Below, one piece after another: positions 11,401 to 22,800 of a DNA stretch of 64,000 bases. Position 1 is the first letter of the stretch. Each line of letters begins with the position of its first letter. The notes beneath the pieces are model-generated. The model did no database searches and had not been told where the DNA came from. It saw nothing but the letters and a program-made list of their open reading frames with translations. The DNA is from an uncultured Verrucomicrobiae bacterium (lineage in GTDB: Bacteria; Verrucomicrobiota; Verrucomicrobiia; Limisphaerales; Palsa-1400), in NCBI GenBank assembly GCA_963764165.1, contig CAVXRD010000002.1, positions 1,088,001-1,152,000 of the forward strand, in the 5' to 3' direction. Made by a program: the position numbers and the translations under genes.

Positions 11401-12233
11401 ACGGTTGTTGGGGCCGCCGGCATTATCATCGTCGTTGAGGCAGAATTGGGATTGGCCACGACCGCCCCCGTCCAATTCACAAAGACTTCGCCTGCGGGAG
11501 GATTGCTGGCCGTGATGGTGACAGTTGAATTGGCGGGGAACGATCCGCCACCGGTGCCACCGACGACCGTCAGCGGATAACTTGGCGGCGCGGCGCCGTA
11601 GACCGCCGTGACGGTCACATTGGAGGCTGGCATGACGAGGGTGGTATAGGCGTCGGCGGGATTTGCCACCGCCGCGCCGGTCCAAACCTGAAAGACTTCC
11701 CCCGCCGGCGGAGCGTCGGCGGTGATGCCAACAGAAGTATTAGTCAAATAGAGACCGCCACCGGTGCCGTTCGACACGGTCAGCGTAAAATAGGTGTTCG
11801 GAGCCGGGTCCACCCGCATCGAGAAGCTGGCTGCGTCCGAATTGGAAACGGAATCCGTGACAACGACATAGGCGTCATAAGGATAACTGAAAACGTAGGA
11901 GCCATTCGCCGTGGCGATGCCGGCGACTTCGCCGTTGGTGGCATTCAGCGCCAAGCCGCCGGGAAAGCTGCCCGCCTGCACATTCCATTTGTAAGGCGGA
12001 GTGCCCCCGGTGGCGGTCAGTGTTTGCAAGTAAGGCGTGCCAACAATGGCGTCCGGCAGCGTTTCGGAATTGAGCGTCAACGGGGCCGCCGTCAATGATC
12101 TGGCAATCAGCAGAAGGGCGATCAAAAATTGGCCGGCGAGAGTCGCCTTGCGGTTTCGCCCCGCCATGCTGGCAAACCAGCGGTCATTGGCTCCAATAAA
12201 TTTATCTGACTGCACGAACTCGACATTTCCCAT
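8484..12233 (-). CDS. Large secreted protein: putative Ig domain, three small beta-sandwich (InlB-B-like) repeats, heparinase II/III-like core and shared C-terminal domain
   Basis: LPDAIVGTPYLQTLTATGGTPPY; repeats LTV.NGTGGG...F..WTG; HPRLW; HQQGDANQF and YHNTL motifs; C-terminus ...WPTN..GF.L...QFFTL. Confidence 0.72.
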   Translation of the reverse strand: MGNVEFVQSDKFIGANDRWFASMAGRNRKATLAGQFLIALLLIARSLTAAPLTLNSETLPDAIVGTPYLQTLTATGGTPPYKWNVQAGSFPGGLALNATNGEVAGIATANGSYVFSYPYDAYVVVTDSVSNSDAASFSMRVDPAPNTYFTLTVSNGTGGGLYLTNTSVGITADAPPAGEVFQVWTGAAVANPADAYTTLVMPASNVTVTAVYGAAPPSYPLTVVGGTGGGSFPANSTVTITASNPPAGEVFVNWTGAVVANPNSASTTMIMPAAPTTVTANFGLPAPTYSLLVVNGTGSGNFTANTTVSISADPAPVGQIFGSWSGAVVANATASNTTLVMPSNNVTVTATYAFAPPAVTNVPQPVTNHPRLWITPADLPRLQSWAVATNPIYHQGMLPLLSQCVSDYQTQFFPGGAPNSNYPDQGDSQGYTGLISEQYMMVFAFNALIDPSPANRIEYAQYAHNLMMYAMNQAVLGPLSGAPFRDPTFPIYNRASSGSESWPLTLDWLYDATNASGQLIFSAQDKATIRNVFLIWASECLTASTTGGDSPPQVGVMNNPVLLPGGNAYRMAANNYYQAHARLMTLMSLAIDPADDPSLNTNSPPAQLGNTLRSYILDVTGAWLYQQFAMFGDPDVVRAAYALPTNAVVGLASGGLPPEGMLYGDSVRSIVEELLALKTAGFADPAISGPQVALVSAPVWSRFVTGFISSLVPAQQIPADESYLGPIYEFASYGDILRMFSTPDQVTVFGSLSLLDRQNNDLSRQNAERWFSINAVEGGAPSLLTRVTDPWTWGVQDSIFLYMLLDPSATTTDPRPGYSTSFYDAGQGRLVDRTSWASNATMFDFRCSWESINHQQGDANQFEFYRNGEWLTKGVANYDNNDNGQSSDYHNTLTLHNWCSNGTPGNIDWEITWWTNGSQWPLAINNGDPITYASVQTNYDYAYGDTTQLYNRPDYWSPPDAALDIQHASRSIIWLKPDYIVTYDRAATHTAGLFKEFNLTFPTSPKVNGNVVTTVTPGGQNLYITSLLPSGATITPSSIDGLLTTVADQEPCHYRVVIQDSNNPVNERFLHVFQGANAGVQAESATLIHSTSGTPMDGAIIGNTAVLFTVDSTTPFTGTTFSVPANVTQEFITGCATNGFYTVNTINSGNGWTVTITPSASGTQADPAGVLALSTIITPPTLLSYVSGPGTMTLYWPTNAAGFALNQTINLAPPTAWTPVTAGITISGTNYTTTVNTILGAQFFTLLPQ

Positions 12234-12289
12234 GCAGGCATTTATGGCAGAGCCAGAAAATTAGCACTATACGCCGAATGGCGTAGTGG
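12150..12289 (+). repeat. Direct-repeat copy 1 (5' end and upstream region of the 8484..12233 gene)
   Basis: Aligns by eye with 14379..14520 (aaatttatctgactgca, ctcgacattt, catttatggcagag, gccgaatggcgtag). Confidence 0.85.
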
Positions 12290-12331
12290 ATGGACGAATT
12301 CGGCCATTGGTGAGGAAGATCAGTGGTCCAT

Positions 12332-14125
12332 TCACTGCGAACGAACACGGTAAAAACGCTCCGCATAATTCGTCGAAGAGGGATCACTGAAATAATACGA
12401 TCCATTTACAAGCACGTTGGTTTGAAGCGGAATCCACACTGCATCGACCAGATTTGTGCAGGATTCAATCACGACACACTCGTTTGTCGCCCAGGAAACC
12501 GTAAAACCGAAACTGTTGGATTGAACGCCGAGAGAGGAACTGCCGCTCAGGACCACTGGGTAAGGGAGCGCCCAAGGCAGCAGGTTAATCCAGTATACCT
12601 CCGCCCCAAATGCATCCCACCCGGGGGTGCCGGGCAAGTAATAAATCGTCACGTTTCCAAAGTAATAGAAAAAAGCGGTCGGATCGGCAGTCGGGGCATT
12701 TCCTTGGAAATAGATTCCAACCAAGTTAGTGCATCTTGCGAATGCATAATCTTCGATGTTAGTGACACTGGCTGGGACAATGTAAGAAGAAGCGGGATTT
12801 CCCGGCGGGTATGCAATTAGTGTGGTCTGGCAGCGATCGAAAAGGACGCCAGCGGTAGTGCTATAGGCTGGATTATTTGGCTGAACAGTGATCGCTGTTA
12901 GCCTGGGGCAGAATTCGAATGCAGATTGTCCGATGGTGACGACGCCGCTGCCAATGGCGATGTTGGTTAGATACGGGCATTCCGCGAATACGCTGGGGCC
13001 TAGACTGATGACAGAATCTGGAATCGAGATGCTGAAGAGCGCTCCGCAACCCTCAAAAGCCCCTTCCCCGATCTCAGTTATCGTGCTTGGGATCGTGTAT
13101 TTGTGCGCAGGGTTCCCACCCGGGTATTGAATAAGCATCGTGTGATCGCTATCATACAAAACACCCGAATCACTCTCAAAAAAGGGGTTCGCGGGGTCGA
13201 CGTTGATCGCTGTTAATTTTGGGCAATTTGCGAACGGTCCACCACCAAAGTTGGTAACAGTAGCGGGAATAGCGACGATGGGCAAACTGAGACATCCCAA
13301 AAACGCTTCTTCATCGATGCTCGTGACACCGGGCGGAATGGTCACGTTTGTAAGAGCGGAACATTCAAAGAATGAACCCAAGCCAATATTCGTGACACTG
13401 TTTGGCATTGACACGTTCGCCAGAGCCGAACAGTTCCCGAAAGAAGCTAATCCGGTGCAGGAAACGCCTTGGCCAATCGTTACATTACTAAGGCCGGTGC
13501 AGCTATCAAACGCATAGTCTCCAATATAATTCACCCCGCCGGGAATCGTGATGTTGGTAAGACTGGCGCACTCAAAGAACGCGGAATTTCCAAGGTTCGT
13601 CAAATTGCCACCCAGCGTGACGCTTGTCAGCGATTGGCAGGAAGCAAACGCAGAATCGCCAAGGCTTGTGACATTTGCGCAACCTGTGACAATTCTCAAA
13701 TCAAAACAATCAGCAAAAGCTTGCGCATCAATTTCAGTCACGCTGTCCGGTATCGAAACATTGGTGAGGTACTCGCAGAAAAAGAATGAATTGCTCCCAA
13801 TAATGGTTACGTTGCTTCCGATCGTTATGCTGGGTAGGTAGGAGAGATAGAATGCACTGTCACCAATGGCCGTTACCGGCAGGCCATCGATGCTGCCTGG
13901 AATGCTGAGGGGAGAAAATCCGTCACCTTCCGCCAGCCCCGTGATTGTAACGCCATCCCCGTCTGCATTCGTTGTGTAACTGAACTGGCTTTGGGCTTGA
14001 CTGCTTTCGCCGACGAGCAGCGATGCCACAAATGCGCACTTCCAGATCAATTCTCTCCTAAATAGCGGTCTCACATCTTGTACATAATAGTCGTGTGAAT
14101 TCTCGGTGCGCGCAACAATATTCAA
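12332..14125 (-). CDS. BspA-type leucine-rich repeat (LRR_5) surface protein with C-terminal domain
   Basis: Many L.....IP..VT.IG..AF..C..L repeats, GVL(Y/F)D...TLI.YP inserts, C-terminus ERFYRVRSQ; exact start uncertain. Confidence 0.88.
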   Translation of the reverse strand: MNIVARTENSHDYYVQDVRPLFRRELIWKCAFVASLLVGESSQAQSQFSYTTNADGDGVTITGLAEGDGFSPLSIPGSIDGLPVTAIGDSAFYLSYLPSITIGSNVTIIGSNSFFFCEYLTNVSIPDSVTEIDAQAFADCFDLRIVTGCANVTSLGDSAFASCQSLTSVTLGGNLTNLGNSAFFECASLTNITIPGGVNYIGDYAFDSCTGLSNVTIGQGVSCTGLASFGNCSALANVSMPNSVTNIGLGSFFECSALTNVTIPPGVTSIDEEAFLGCLSLPIVAIPATVTNFGGGPFANCPKLTAINVDPANPFFESDSGVLYDSDHTMLIQYPGGNPAHKYTIPSTITEIGEGAFEGCGALFSISIPDSVISLGPSVFAECPYLTNIAIGSGVVTIGQSAFEFCPRLTAITVQPNNPAYSTTAGVLFDRCQTTLIAYPPGNPASSYIVPASVTNIEDYAFARCTNLVGIYFQGNAPTADPTAFFYYFGNVTIYYLPGTPGWDAFGAEVYWINLLPWALPYPVVLSGSSSLGVQSNSFGFTVSWATNECVVIESCTNLVDAVWIPLQTNVLVNGSYYFSDPSSTNYAERFYRVRSQ

Positions 14126-14138
14126 TTATTCGTTTGAC

Positions 14139-14375
14139 TTGACTTCAAGGAGGCGTGGTTTTACCGCCGTATCGGCGGTCGCCTCCGCGCGGATATTCCA
14201 AAACCAGTGAATCGCGAAACCATTTCTCGGAGTTTGGGGCATTTCACCCAAGCTGTCCAAACCAACAAAGTTTTCATCTGCCCAGCCAGCCCCAATTGCG
14301 GCTACTCCGGGTTCCTTATTTACGCTCAGAACAACGAGATGAACGCGTCGGAACTTGGCGTAAGCACGACGGCCT
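14139..14375 (+). pseudogene. Internally deleted relic of a paralogue of the 18765..19547 prepilin-type gene
   Basis: 14139..14235 matches the reverse complement of 19518..19612; 14238..14375 matches the reverse complement of 19067..19204 ([18 protein letters not shown]...SELGVSTTA). Confidence 0.85.
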
Positions 14376-14378
14376 GCG

Positions 14379-14520
14379 GCGATTTCGCCCTGCCATGCTG
14401 CCAATCTGACGGCATTTGGACCGGACAAATTTATCTGACTGCAAGCACTCGACATTTCTCATGTAACCATTTATGGCAGAGAGCCGGATAATTCGCACTA
14501 TAAGCCGAATGGCGTAGCGG
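14379..14520 (-). pseudogene. Relic 5' end of a paralogue of the 8484..12233 gene
   Basis: Reads MRNVECLQSDKF...SMAGRNR versus MGNVEFVQSDKF...SMAGRNR in the intact gene. Confidence 0.8.
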
Positions 14521-14602
14521 CGTCCCAAACCGGATGGAAGCCGCAGATCAACGCAGATTTTATTTCCTGTTCGCCGCCGCCGGGCCATAATCGCCGGGAT
14601 TC

Positions 14603-16471
14603 ATGCGGCACCTCGCGCACATCGTGATTCTTCTGGCATTGGCCGCGGCGCTACGTCTGAACGCGGCAGCGGTGACTTCGTCCTCGTGCCGCGAATGCCA
14701 TCAAAATGAATTTTCCAAATGGGCCGCCTCGCATCACGGATTGGCGGAGCGAACCGTTTCCCTCCCGCTCGACGGAAAAGCCTTTGCGCCGCCGCGTGTT
14801 TTGAAAGCGGGAACCGTCACCAACGAGATTCGGCTGACGGACAACCGGTGCCAAATCGTCACGCTGGGTTTCAAGACGAACATGGAAGCCTTCACCGCCG
14901 CCCGCGCCATTGGCGTCGATCCAATTCGCCAATACTTGACAGCCGGTCCGAATGGCCGATGGCAGACTCTGGAAGTTTCATACGACACGCGCTCCAACCA
15001 GTGGTTCGATGTTTACGGAGACGAAGACCGCCGGCCCGGCGAGTGGGGCCATTGGACGGGCCGCGGAATGAACTGGAATTCCATGTGCGCCCAATGCCAC
15101 AACGCGAATCTTCGCAAAAATTACGATCCCGCCACAGATTCCTATCGCACGGAGATGGATGAAATATCCGTCAGTTGCGGCGCGTGCCACAGTGAAATGG
15201 CCGAGCATAACGCCTGGCAAAACAGCCATCGCCACAGCAAGGAGAAAGATCCAACAGTCCATCCACCCGCGGCAGTTCGGATGATGGGAACGTGCGGAAC
15301 ATGCCATTCGCGCCGCGAGGAACTCACCGGGAATTTCTCGCCCGGCGATTCGTTTTTCGACCATTTCCAAATGCAAACCGCCGGCGAGTCGGACGATTGG
15401 TTTGCCGATGGTCAAGTACACAGTGAGGATTACGAATTCGCCTCCTTCATGGGCAGCAAGATGCACGAGCGCGGCGTCACTTGCGTGGATTGCCACAACC
15501 CCCACTCGGGAAAAACGCTGCTGGCGGGAAACGATTTGTGCATGCGCTGCCACAGCGGCGCGTTCACGAATGCGCCGATCATCAACCCGCCTGAACATTC
15601 GCATCATCTCGCCGCAAACTCGGGAAACGCCTGCGTGGGCTGCCACATGCCGGTCACTGTTTATATGCAGCGCCACGCCCGCCACGACCACGGCATGACG
15701 ATTCCCGATCCGCTTTTGACGAAGGAACTAAACATCCCCAACGCCTGCAACCGCTGCCACGCGGACAAAAGTGTCGAGTGGGCCATTACGTCCACGGACG
15801 CTTGGTACACAAACAAAATGAGCCGCCCCACTCGCGACCGCGCGCGCGTCATCGCGGCCGCGCAGTCCGCCGATAGATCCGCCGAGGCTTCATTGATTGC
15901 CTTGCTTGACAGCAGCCATGAAAGTCCTTACTGGCGCGCCGTTGAGGCGAATTTGCTCTGGCAATTTTCCGATGATGCCGCTGCCAGGTCCGCGCTGGTC
16001 CGCGCGCTTCACGACGATCATCCGCTCGTGCGCGCGCTGGCCATCAAATCACTGGAACCTCATTCTTCGGGAACAAACGAAATTTTCGCGGCAATTAAAC
16101 CGCTCTTGAACGATCCGATTCGAAGCGTCCGCATCGCCGCCGCCTGGGCATTGAGAACTAGTCTTGACACAAATAGCGCCGCGGGCCGCGACCTGCTTGC
16201 AACGCTTGCTTTCAACAGCGACCAGCCGGTGGGGCAATATCGCGCGGCCATGTTCGAGTTGGATCGCAACGATCCGGCAAAGGCGCTCGGACATTTGCAA
16301 AAGGCGGAAGTGTGGGATCCATTTTCGCCGCCGCTGCGATTGGAAATGGCGGACGTTCTTTCGCAATTGGGAAAGACGAACGACGCCATCCGAGAACTGC
16401 GCGAATTTCATCGCCTCGATCCAAACGCGCCGCCCCCGCGGGACTTGCTGAGGCGGCTCGGGTTGCAGTGA
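14603..16471 (+). CDS. Multiheme c-type cytochrome with HEAT and TPR repeats
   Basis: Signal peptide; eight CxxCH motifs (CRECH, CAQCH, CGACH, CGTCH, CVDCH, CMRCH, CVGCH, CNRCH); C-terminal D..PLVR..A HEAT and TPR. Confidence 0.88.
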   Translation: MRHLAHIVILLALAAALRLNAAAVTSSSCRECHQNEFSKWAASHHGLAERTVSLPLDGKAFAPPRVLKAGTVTNEIRLTDNRCQIVTLGFKTNMEAFTAARAIGVDPIRQYLTAGPNGRWQTLEVSYDTRSNQWFDVYGDEDRRPGEWGHWTGRGMNWNSMCAQCHNANLRKNYDPATDSYRTEMDEISVSCGACHSEMAEHNAWQNSHRHSKEKDPTVHPPAAVRMMGTCGTCHSRREELTGNFSPGDSFFDHFQMQTAGESDDWFADGQVHSEDYEFASFMGSKMHERGVTCVDCHNPHSGKTLLAGNDLCMRCHSGAFTNAPIINPPEHSHHLAANSGNACVGCHMPVTVYMQRHARHDHGMTIPDPLLTKELNIPNACNRCHADKSVEWAITSTDAWYTNKMSRPTRDRARVIAAAQSADRSAEASLIALLDSSHESPYWRAVEANLLWQFSDDAAARSALVRALHDDHPLVRALAIKSLEPHSSGTNEIFAAIKPLLNDPIRSVRIAAAWALRTSLDTNSAAGRDLLATLAFNSDQPVGQYRAAMFELDRNDPAKALGHLQKAEVWDPFSPPLRLEMADVLSQLGKTNDAIRELREFHRLDPNAPPPRDLLRRLGLQ

Positions 16472-16500
16472 GAAATTATCCGTGTCCAAAGAAGTTGAAT

Positions 16501-16629
16501 TGGGAGCGCGGTCGTCCCGCCGAAGGCATCTTGCCTTGACGGAGCATCCCTGAATAATTAAATGACTTGTTCAGCGACGGCCAGTCGGTGAGACGCCGGC
16601 TGGAAGCGACCGAGACGGTCGCGCTCCCC
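16501..16629. repeat. REP-like imperfect inverted repeat (GGGAGCGCG.CCGTC family); related copy near 35895..35945
   Basis: gggagcgcggtcgtccc ... gcgaccgagacggtcgcgctccc between convergent genes. Confidence 0.6.
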
Positions 16630-16644
16630 TTCTCAACTGAATTG

Positions 16645-18678
<2,034 letters not shown>

Positions 18679-18764
18679 TCCGAAACGCTAATGTAGCGCA
18701 TGGCCTTCGTCAAGCAACCCGAATTGCCGAGAATATCATCGATCGAAAGAGAGAGTGCGACAGC

Positions 18765-19547
18765 TTATTGGGGCGCCGGGAACGGAGTGTTCGGGTTAAA
18801 AATGTTCGTTGGGGCGGACTTGCGCAACTCGATGTGCGAATCAAGGAACACCAGATTAGCGCGGCCCATTTTGGGTTTCGCGCCAATCACCCCTCCCTCC
18901 GTTGTGCTGAGAGAATAGACACTGTGTTCGTTACCGCCTTGATGGCGATAGCAGACGTTGCCGCCGCCGTCGTCAGTGTCCGCATAGAGACAGGCATCGT
19001 AACCATCAGTCTCCCCATACATGACGGTCCATGAGGGGTGGGGAATGTACTTCATCGACTTGATGTAGGCCGTCGTGCTTACGCCAAGCTCCGACGCGTT
19101 TATCTCGTTGTTTTGGGCGTAGGTAAGAAATCCCGAATAGCCGCCATTGGGGCTGGCTGGGCAGATGAAAACCTTGTTGGTTTGGACAGCCTGTGTGAAA
19201 TGCCGCCCAAGGTATGGCTGAAGCGTCGAATACCATACGAGGTCATAATTAAGCCCCGCGCCCAAGTCATCGGGCGGATAGCCGAGCGGCAGAGCTTTCT
19301 GATCGTCCTCGTAATTGATGGTGGCGATGATCAACTGGCGCAAATTGTTCGCGCAAGCAGTCGTTCTGGCCTGGTCCTTGGCCAAAGCGAGGGCCGGCAG
19401 GAGCAGGCTCGCGAGGATGGCGATAATTGCAATGACAACGAGCAATTCAATCAGCGTAAAGGCCTCCCGGCAGGAGCGAAGGGGCGGGACACTGAAAGCC
19501 GCAGTTGCCTGCCTGTTCAAATTCAGAGAAATGATTCCGCGGTTCAT
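18765..19547 (-). CDS. Prepilin-type N-terminal cleavage/methylation protein (DUF1559/H-X9-DG-like)
   Basis: [28 protein letters not shown]....C.NNLRQL; VFICP; YRH...ANLVFLDSH; start at ATG 19547 supported by the relic copy. Confidence 0.9.
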   Translation of the reverse strand: MNRGIISLNLNRQATAAFSVPPLRSCREAFTLIELLVVIAIIAILASLLLPALALAKDQARTTACANNLRQLIIATINYEDDQKALPLGYPPDDLGAGLNYDLVWYSTLQPYLGRHFTQAVQTNKVFICPASPNGGYSGFLTYAQNNEINASELGVSTTAYIKSMKYIPHPSWTVMYGETDGYDACLYADTDDGGGNVCYRHQGGNEHSVYSLSTTEGGVIGAKPKMGRANLVFLDSHIELRKSAPTNIFNPNTPFPAPQ

Positions 19548-19795
19548 TGGTCTGGCATGCTCGCGCGGCGGCTGCCGATGCGGTATTAAAACCCGCGCTT
19601 CCTCGAAGTCAATAAAAAGCGTCCGAATCACGAAAACCGAAAAGGCCATTCAGCCGCAAATGGGCGCAGATCAGCGTAGATAACGACAAATCATACAACG
19701 GAAGCAAACCGCGCGCATCGCAATGTTGTCGCGTAAGTTAAAGGGTTTTAAAGGTTTCTCGGAAAATCTGCGTTAATCTGCGTCTCTTGCCAACA

Positions 19796-20254
19796 TCAAC
19801 GGAGCATCGTGTCCAGCATGTTGATATGCTGATGGTCGTAATAGACGTAGGGAGCAAAGGTTGATACCCGGCTCATCGCGTCGTCGTAATAGCCTGAGGT
19901 TATGCGCGATTTCCACGTATCGCGGAAGGACAGGATTCCACTGCGCCTTGCGGACGAGTCTCTGGACAGGAGTTGTGGCAGGTTCGGATCTTCGGCGCGA
20001 TCCGGCGCACCGGGAGCCATTTCTTCGGTGCCCGCCACTGGCGCATTCGTTGCGGGGGGAGTTGGCAGCGGAGCGGTCTTTGCGGACGAAGTCCTATTCG
20101 CTGGCTGCGCGACTGCGGCCGCGCTCACGACCGGGCCATTGGTTTCGTGCGGCGGTGTCGAACACGCCGTCAGCAAAACCATCGTTGCCACGAGACCGGC
20201 CAGCCCCTTCTCCCGGGACATTAAATTGCAAACTGAATTGCCTTCTATTTTCAT
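19796..20254 (-). CDS. Hypothetical lipoprotein, possibly truncated
   Basis: Lipobox LLTAC followed by a Pro/Ala-rich linker. Confidence 0.5.
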   Translation of the reverse strand: MKIEGNSVCNLMSREKGLAGLVATMVLLTACSTPPHETNGPVVSAAAVAQPANRTSSAKTAPLPTPPATNAPVAGTEEMAPGAPDRAEDPNLPQLLSRDSSARRSGILSFRDTWKSRITSGYYDDAMSRVSTFAPYVYYDHQHINMLDTMLR

Positions 20255-20696
20255 AATTCCTCCAGTGTCAAAAGCCTTTTCGCGCCCTCAACATACGCTA
20301 ATATTTAGTTTACGTCAGCGGGTAGTTGAACCCAAGCTGACGCCGCGTGCGGCGAGGCTCCCTCGAGCCCATATGGGTTGCCGGCAATGGGTCATGGCGT
20401 CTCTTTCCCGCACCTCAGAAATCACAGCTCAATAGAGTCTCGCCCTGCCTCAAAAAATGAAAATTCCCGGTCATGTGGCACAATTCTTTCTTTAAGGCCC
20501 CCCGAAGGTTTTATTGTGCGGTTTTGACCGTGGATTTGTTTGAATTTAGTCGGTAGAGGCGCATGACCTCTGGCGGGTTTAAAGGAACCCTTGTTAGAAA
20601 ACCAAAACGAAAGGACGCTTGCTTGCACAAGCGTCCTTTTTCGCGCTTGACGGCCTCCCCGAAAGTGGGCTAAGTGAATGCCTGAGGTCGATTAAA

Positions 20697-22106
20697 TTGA
20701 AGGCACATAGACTTATTACCCCATTTTTCGCCTGGCTCCTGGCCGGGTTTTGCTGCCTATCGGCGTTCGCGCAACCGCATCCGGTTCAAAGCGTTACGAA
20801 GCAATTCACCGCGACCACCTTGCAAACGCCAGGCACGCCTCGGCCCCCGGACAAGTTGAATCAGGCCCTCGTTGGAGGGAGTTCCGCCTACCTGCTTTCC
20901 AGCAAGGCGGGTTCAGCAGTCCGGAACAATGATGAAGTCGCATTGAGCCCGGCCACTTTGGTTGTATCCTGCGAACGTGTTAAAAAGCTGGTGCTTAACA
21001 GATTAGGAATGAACGACGCGTGGCGCGGGCGCATCGAGTTGACCATCAATCCCGCCATGGCGCAGGATGCCGTGCCGCAGCTCAGGGCCATCCATGACTC
21101 CTATGGCTGGACCTATCGGCTGGAGCTTTTTTCCCGGGTCAAAGAGCAAGTTTTGATGCGGTCCCTCATTCAAACCATCCTATTGGAAATCGCCAACCGG
21201 CAGGCCGGAGTCCAATCCGCTGACGTTCCGTTCTGGCTCGTTGAGGGGTTGAGCGCCGATCTGCAATCAACCAGCCTGCCGACGTTTATCGTTCAACCTG
21301 ATCAAAATTGGACAGGCGATGTGCGATGGAATAGAACAGCCGACACCATTCCTCCCGAATTGCGCCAGCGCGCTCCGTTGAGTTTTCAGGAGCTAAGTTT
21401 CCCGCAGTCGGCCGATTTTTCGGGCGCCTCCAGCCTGTATCGAAGCTGCGCCCGGCTTTTCGTCGAACAGCTTCTGCGATTCAATGATGGTCGCGCGTGC
21501 CTGGCGTCCATGCTCAATCAGCTGCCGCAGTGTTGGAATTGGCAGACGGCTTTCCTGCAAGCGTTCCATTCCCACTTCGCCCAGCTCCTTGACGTGGAAA
21601 AATGGTGGAGCGTGAGCTGGATCGATTACATCAGCGGCACGCGCTCGCAACTATGGTCGGCGGGCGATTGCCAGCGGACGCTGCAAAATAGTCTTGACGT
21701 TCCGGTCGATGTGCATTTTGGCCCCGATCAAATGCCGGTCGAAGCCAAGGTAACGCTCCAGGAAGTCATCCAGCAGTGGGCGCCGCTGGAAGCCTATCAG
21801 GCAATCCAGCGCTCGATGAGCCAGCTGAAATTTCTCATCCCGAGGGCCACTGCCGATGTGAAACCGTTTGCGCAGCTTTATTTAAAGACCCTGGCGGATT
21901 ATCTCAATGCCACTGCCTCAGCGGCACGCAATCATGAACTGGGGCGAAATCCTCCCAACCTGTTGCAATTCGCCAAAATTGAAGCGGTTCGGCAGCTAGA
22001 TGCTTTGGACCGGCAGCGCCAAGCCGCGCGGCCCGCAAGCGTGTCCACTACACCTCAACTGAGCGCCTTGGGGCAGGCGGCCCCAACGGCGCGCGCTGTT
22101 CAGTAA
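20697..22106 (+). CDS. Secreted hypothetical protein with a gluzincin/peptidase-MA-like PxWxxEG motif
   Basis: Signal-peptide-like N-terminus and VPFWLVEGLS; start uncertain (TTG 20697). Confidence 0.6.
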   Translation: MKAHRLITPFFAWLLAGFCCLSAFAQPHPVQSVTKQFTATTLQTPGTPRPPDKLNQALVGGSSAYLLSSKAGSAVRNNDEVALSPATLVVSCERVKKLVLNRLGMNDAWRGRIELTINPAMAQDAVPQLRAIHDSYGWTYRLELFSRVKEQVLMRSLIQTILLEIANRQAGVQSADVPFWLVEGLSADLQSTSLPTFIVQPDQNWTGDVRWNRTADTIPPELRQRAPLSFQELSFPQSADFSGASSLYRSCARLFVEQLLRFNDGRACLASMLNQLPQCWNWQTAFLQAFHSHFAQLLDVEKWWSVSWIDYISGTRSQLWSAGDCQRTLQNSLDVPVDVHFGPDQMPVEAKVTLQEVIQQWAPLEAYQAIQRSMSQLKFLIPRATADVKPFAQLYLKTLADYLNATASAARNHELGRNPPNLLQFAKIEAVRQLDALDRQRQAARPASVSTTPQLSALGQAAPTARAVQ

Positions 22107-22110
22107 AGCA

Positions 22111-22572
22111 TTATTTCTGCGGCGGCTGCGGCGCTCCGGCCGGAGGCGGCGTTTGCGGGGCAGCCGGCGGGGGTGTCCCGGGAGGGGTTCCGCCAGGAGG
22201 CATCCCCGCGCCTGGACGCTGGGGAGGCGGCTGCGGAGCGGGAAGAACTTTCATGATCGCCTGCAATTCTTCGAGCGCCTTGTCGCACGCATCAATGGCG
22301 GACTGTTTGTGACCGCTCATATCATCTTGGGAGGCTTGCAGGCCGCGCTTCACATCCTGGAGGCTCCGCACCGCCATCGGGACAGACGTCCGCAGCGGAC
22401 GCCCTGCCATGGGGCCGCCTGGCCGCCGCCCGGGGGGCATGGGAGCCGGGGCGGGCCCGGGAGCCGGAGTAGGAATCGGGCTTGGAGCCGGGGCGTCCTG
22501 GGCCAGGGTGGAATTCGCGCACACAGCCAGAACCAACGCGGCGCCGGCTGCCAATAGAGTATTTTTCTTCAT
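22111..22572 (-). CDS. Small secreted Pro-rich helical protein
   Basis: Signal peptide MKKNTLLAAG...AQD; core DDMSGHKQSAIDACDKALEEL flanked by Pro tracts. Confidence 0.7.
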   Translation of the reverse strand: MKKNTLLAAGAALVLAVCANSTLAQDAPAPSPIPTPAPGPAPAPMPPGRRPGGPMAGRPLRTSVPMAVRSLQDVKRGLQASQDDMSGHKQSAIDACDKALEELQAIMKVLPAPQPPPQRPGAGMPPGGTPPGTPPPAAPQTPPPAGAPQPPQK

Positions 22573-22800
22573 AAATTTTAAATATCGTGACTAAAGCCAA
22601 CGTAACTCCATGAAGAACCCCGGTAAAGTGGAAAAGTTAGGCCACTGGCATAGCCACAGATGGACACAGATAAGACAAAGAGCGGCAAAACAGGGAATGA
22701 CGGGATGCCCCTTCTCTTGAACGGGCCGCCGCTGAACGCCTTGCGAACGCCCTCGGAAAGCCTGTCGGATTTCTTCCACGGCGGTTATTAATTGATTGAG

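Noticed and set aside
14238..14375. Possible DGR template/variable repeat pair with 19067..19204
   Set aside because: Differences are mostly synonymous third-position changes of all base types rather than adenine-specific, and no reverse transcriptase is present.
20310..20450. Possible riboswitch or structured ncRNA
   Set aside because: Largely explained as a degenerate copy of the 44256..44343 REP doublet; no known riboswitch consensus recognised.
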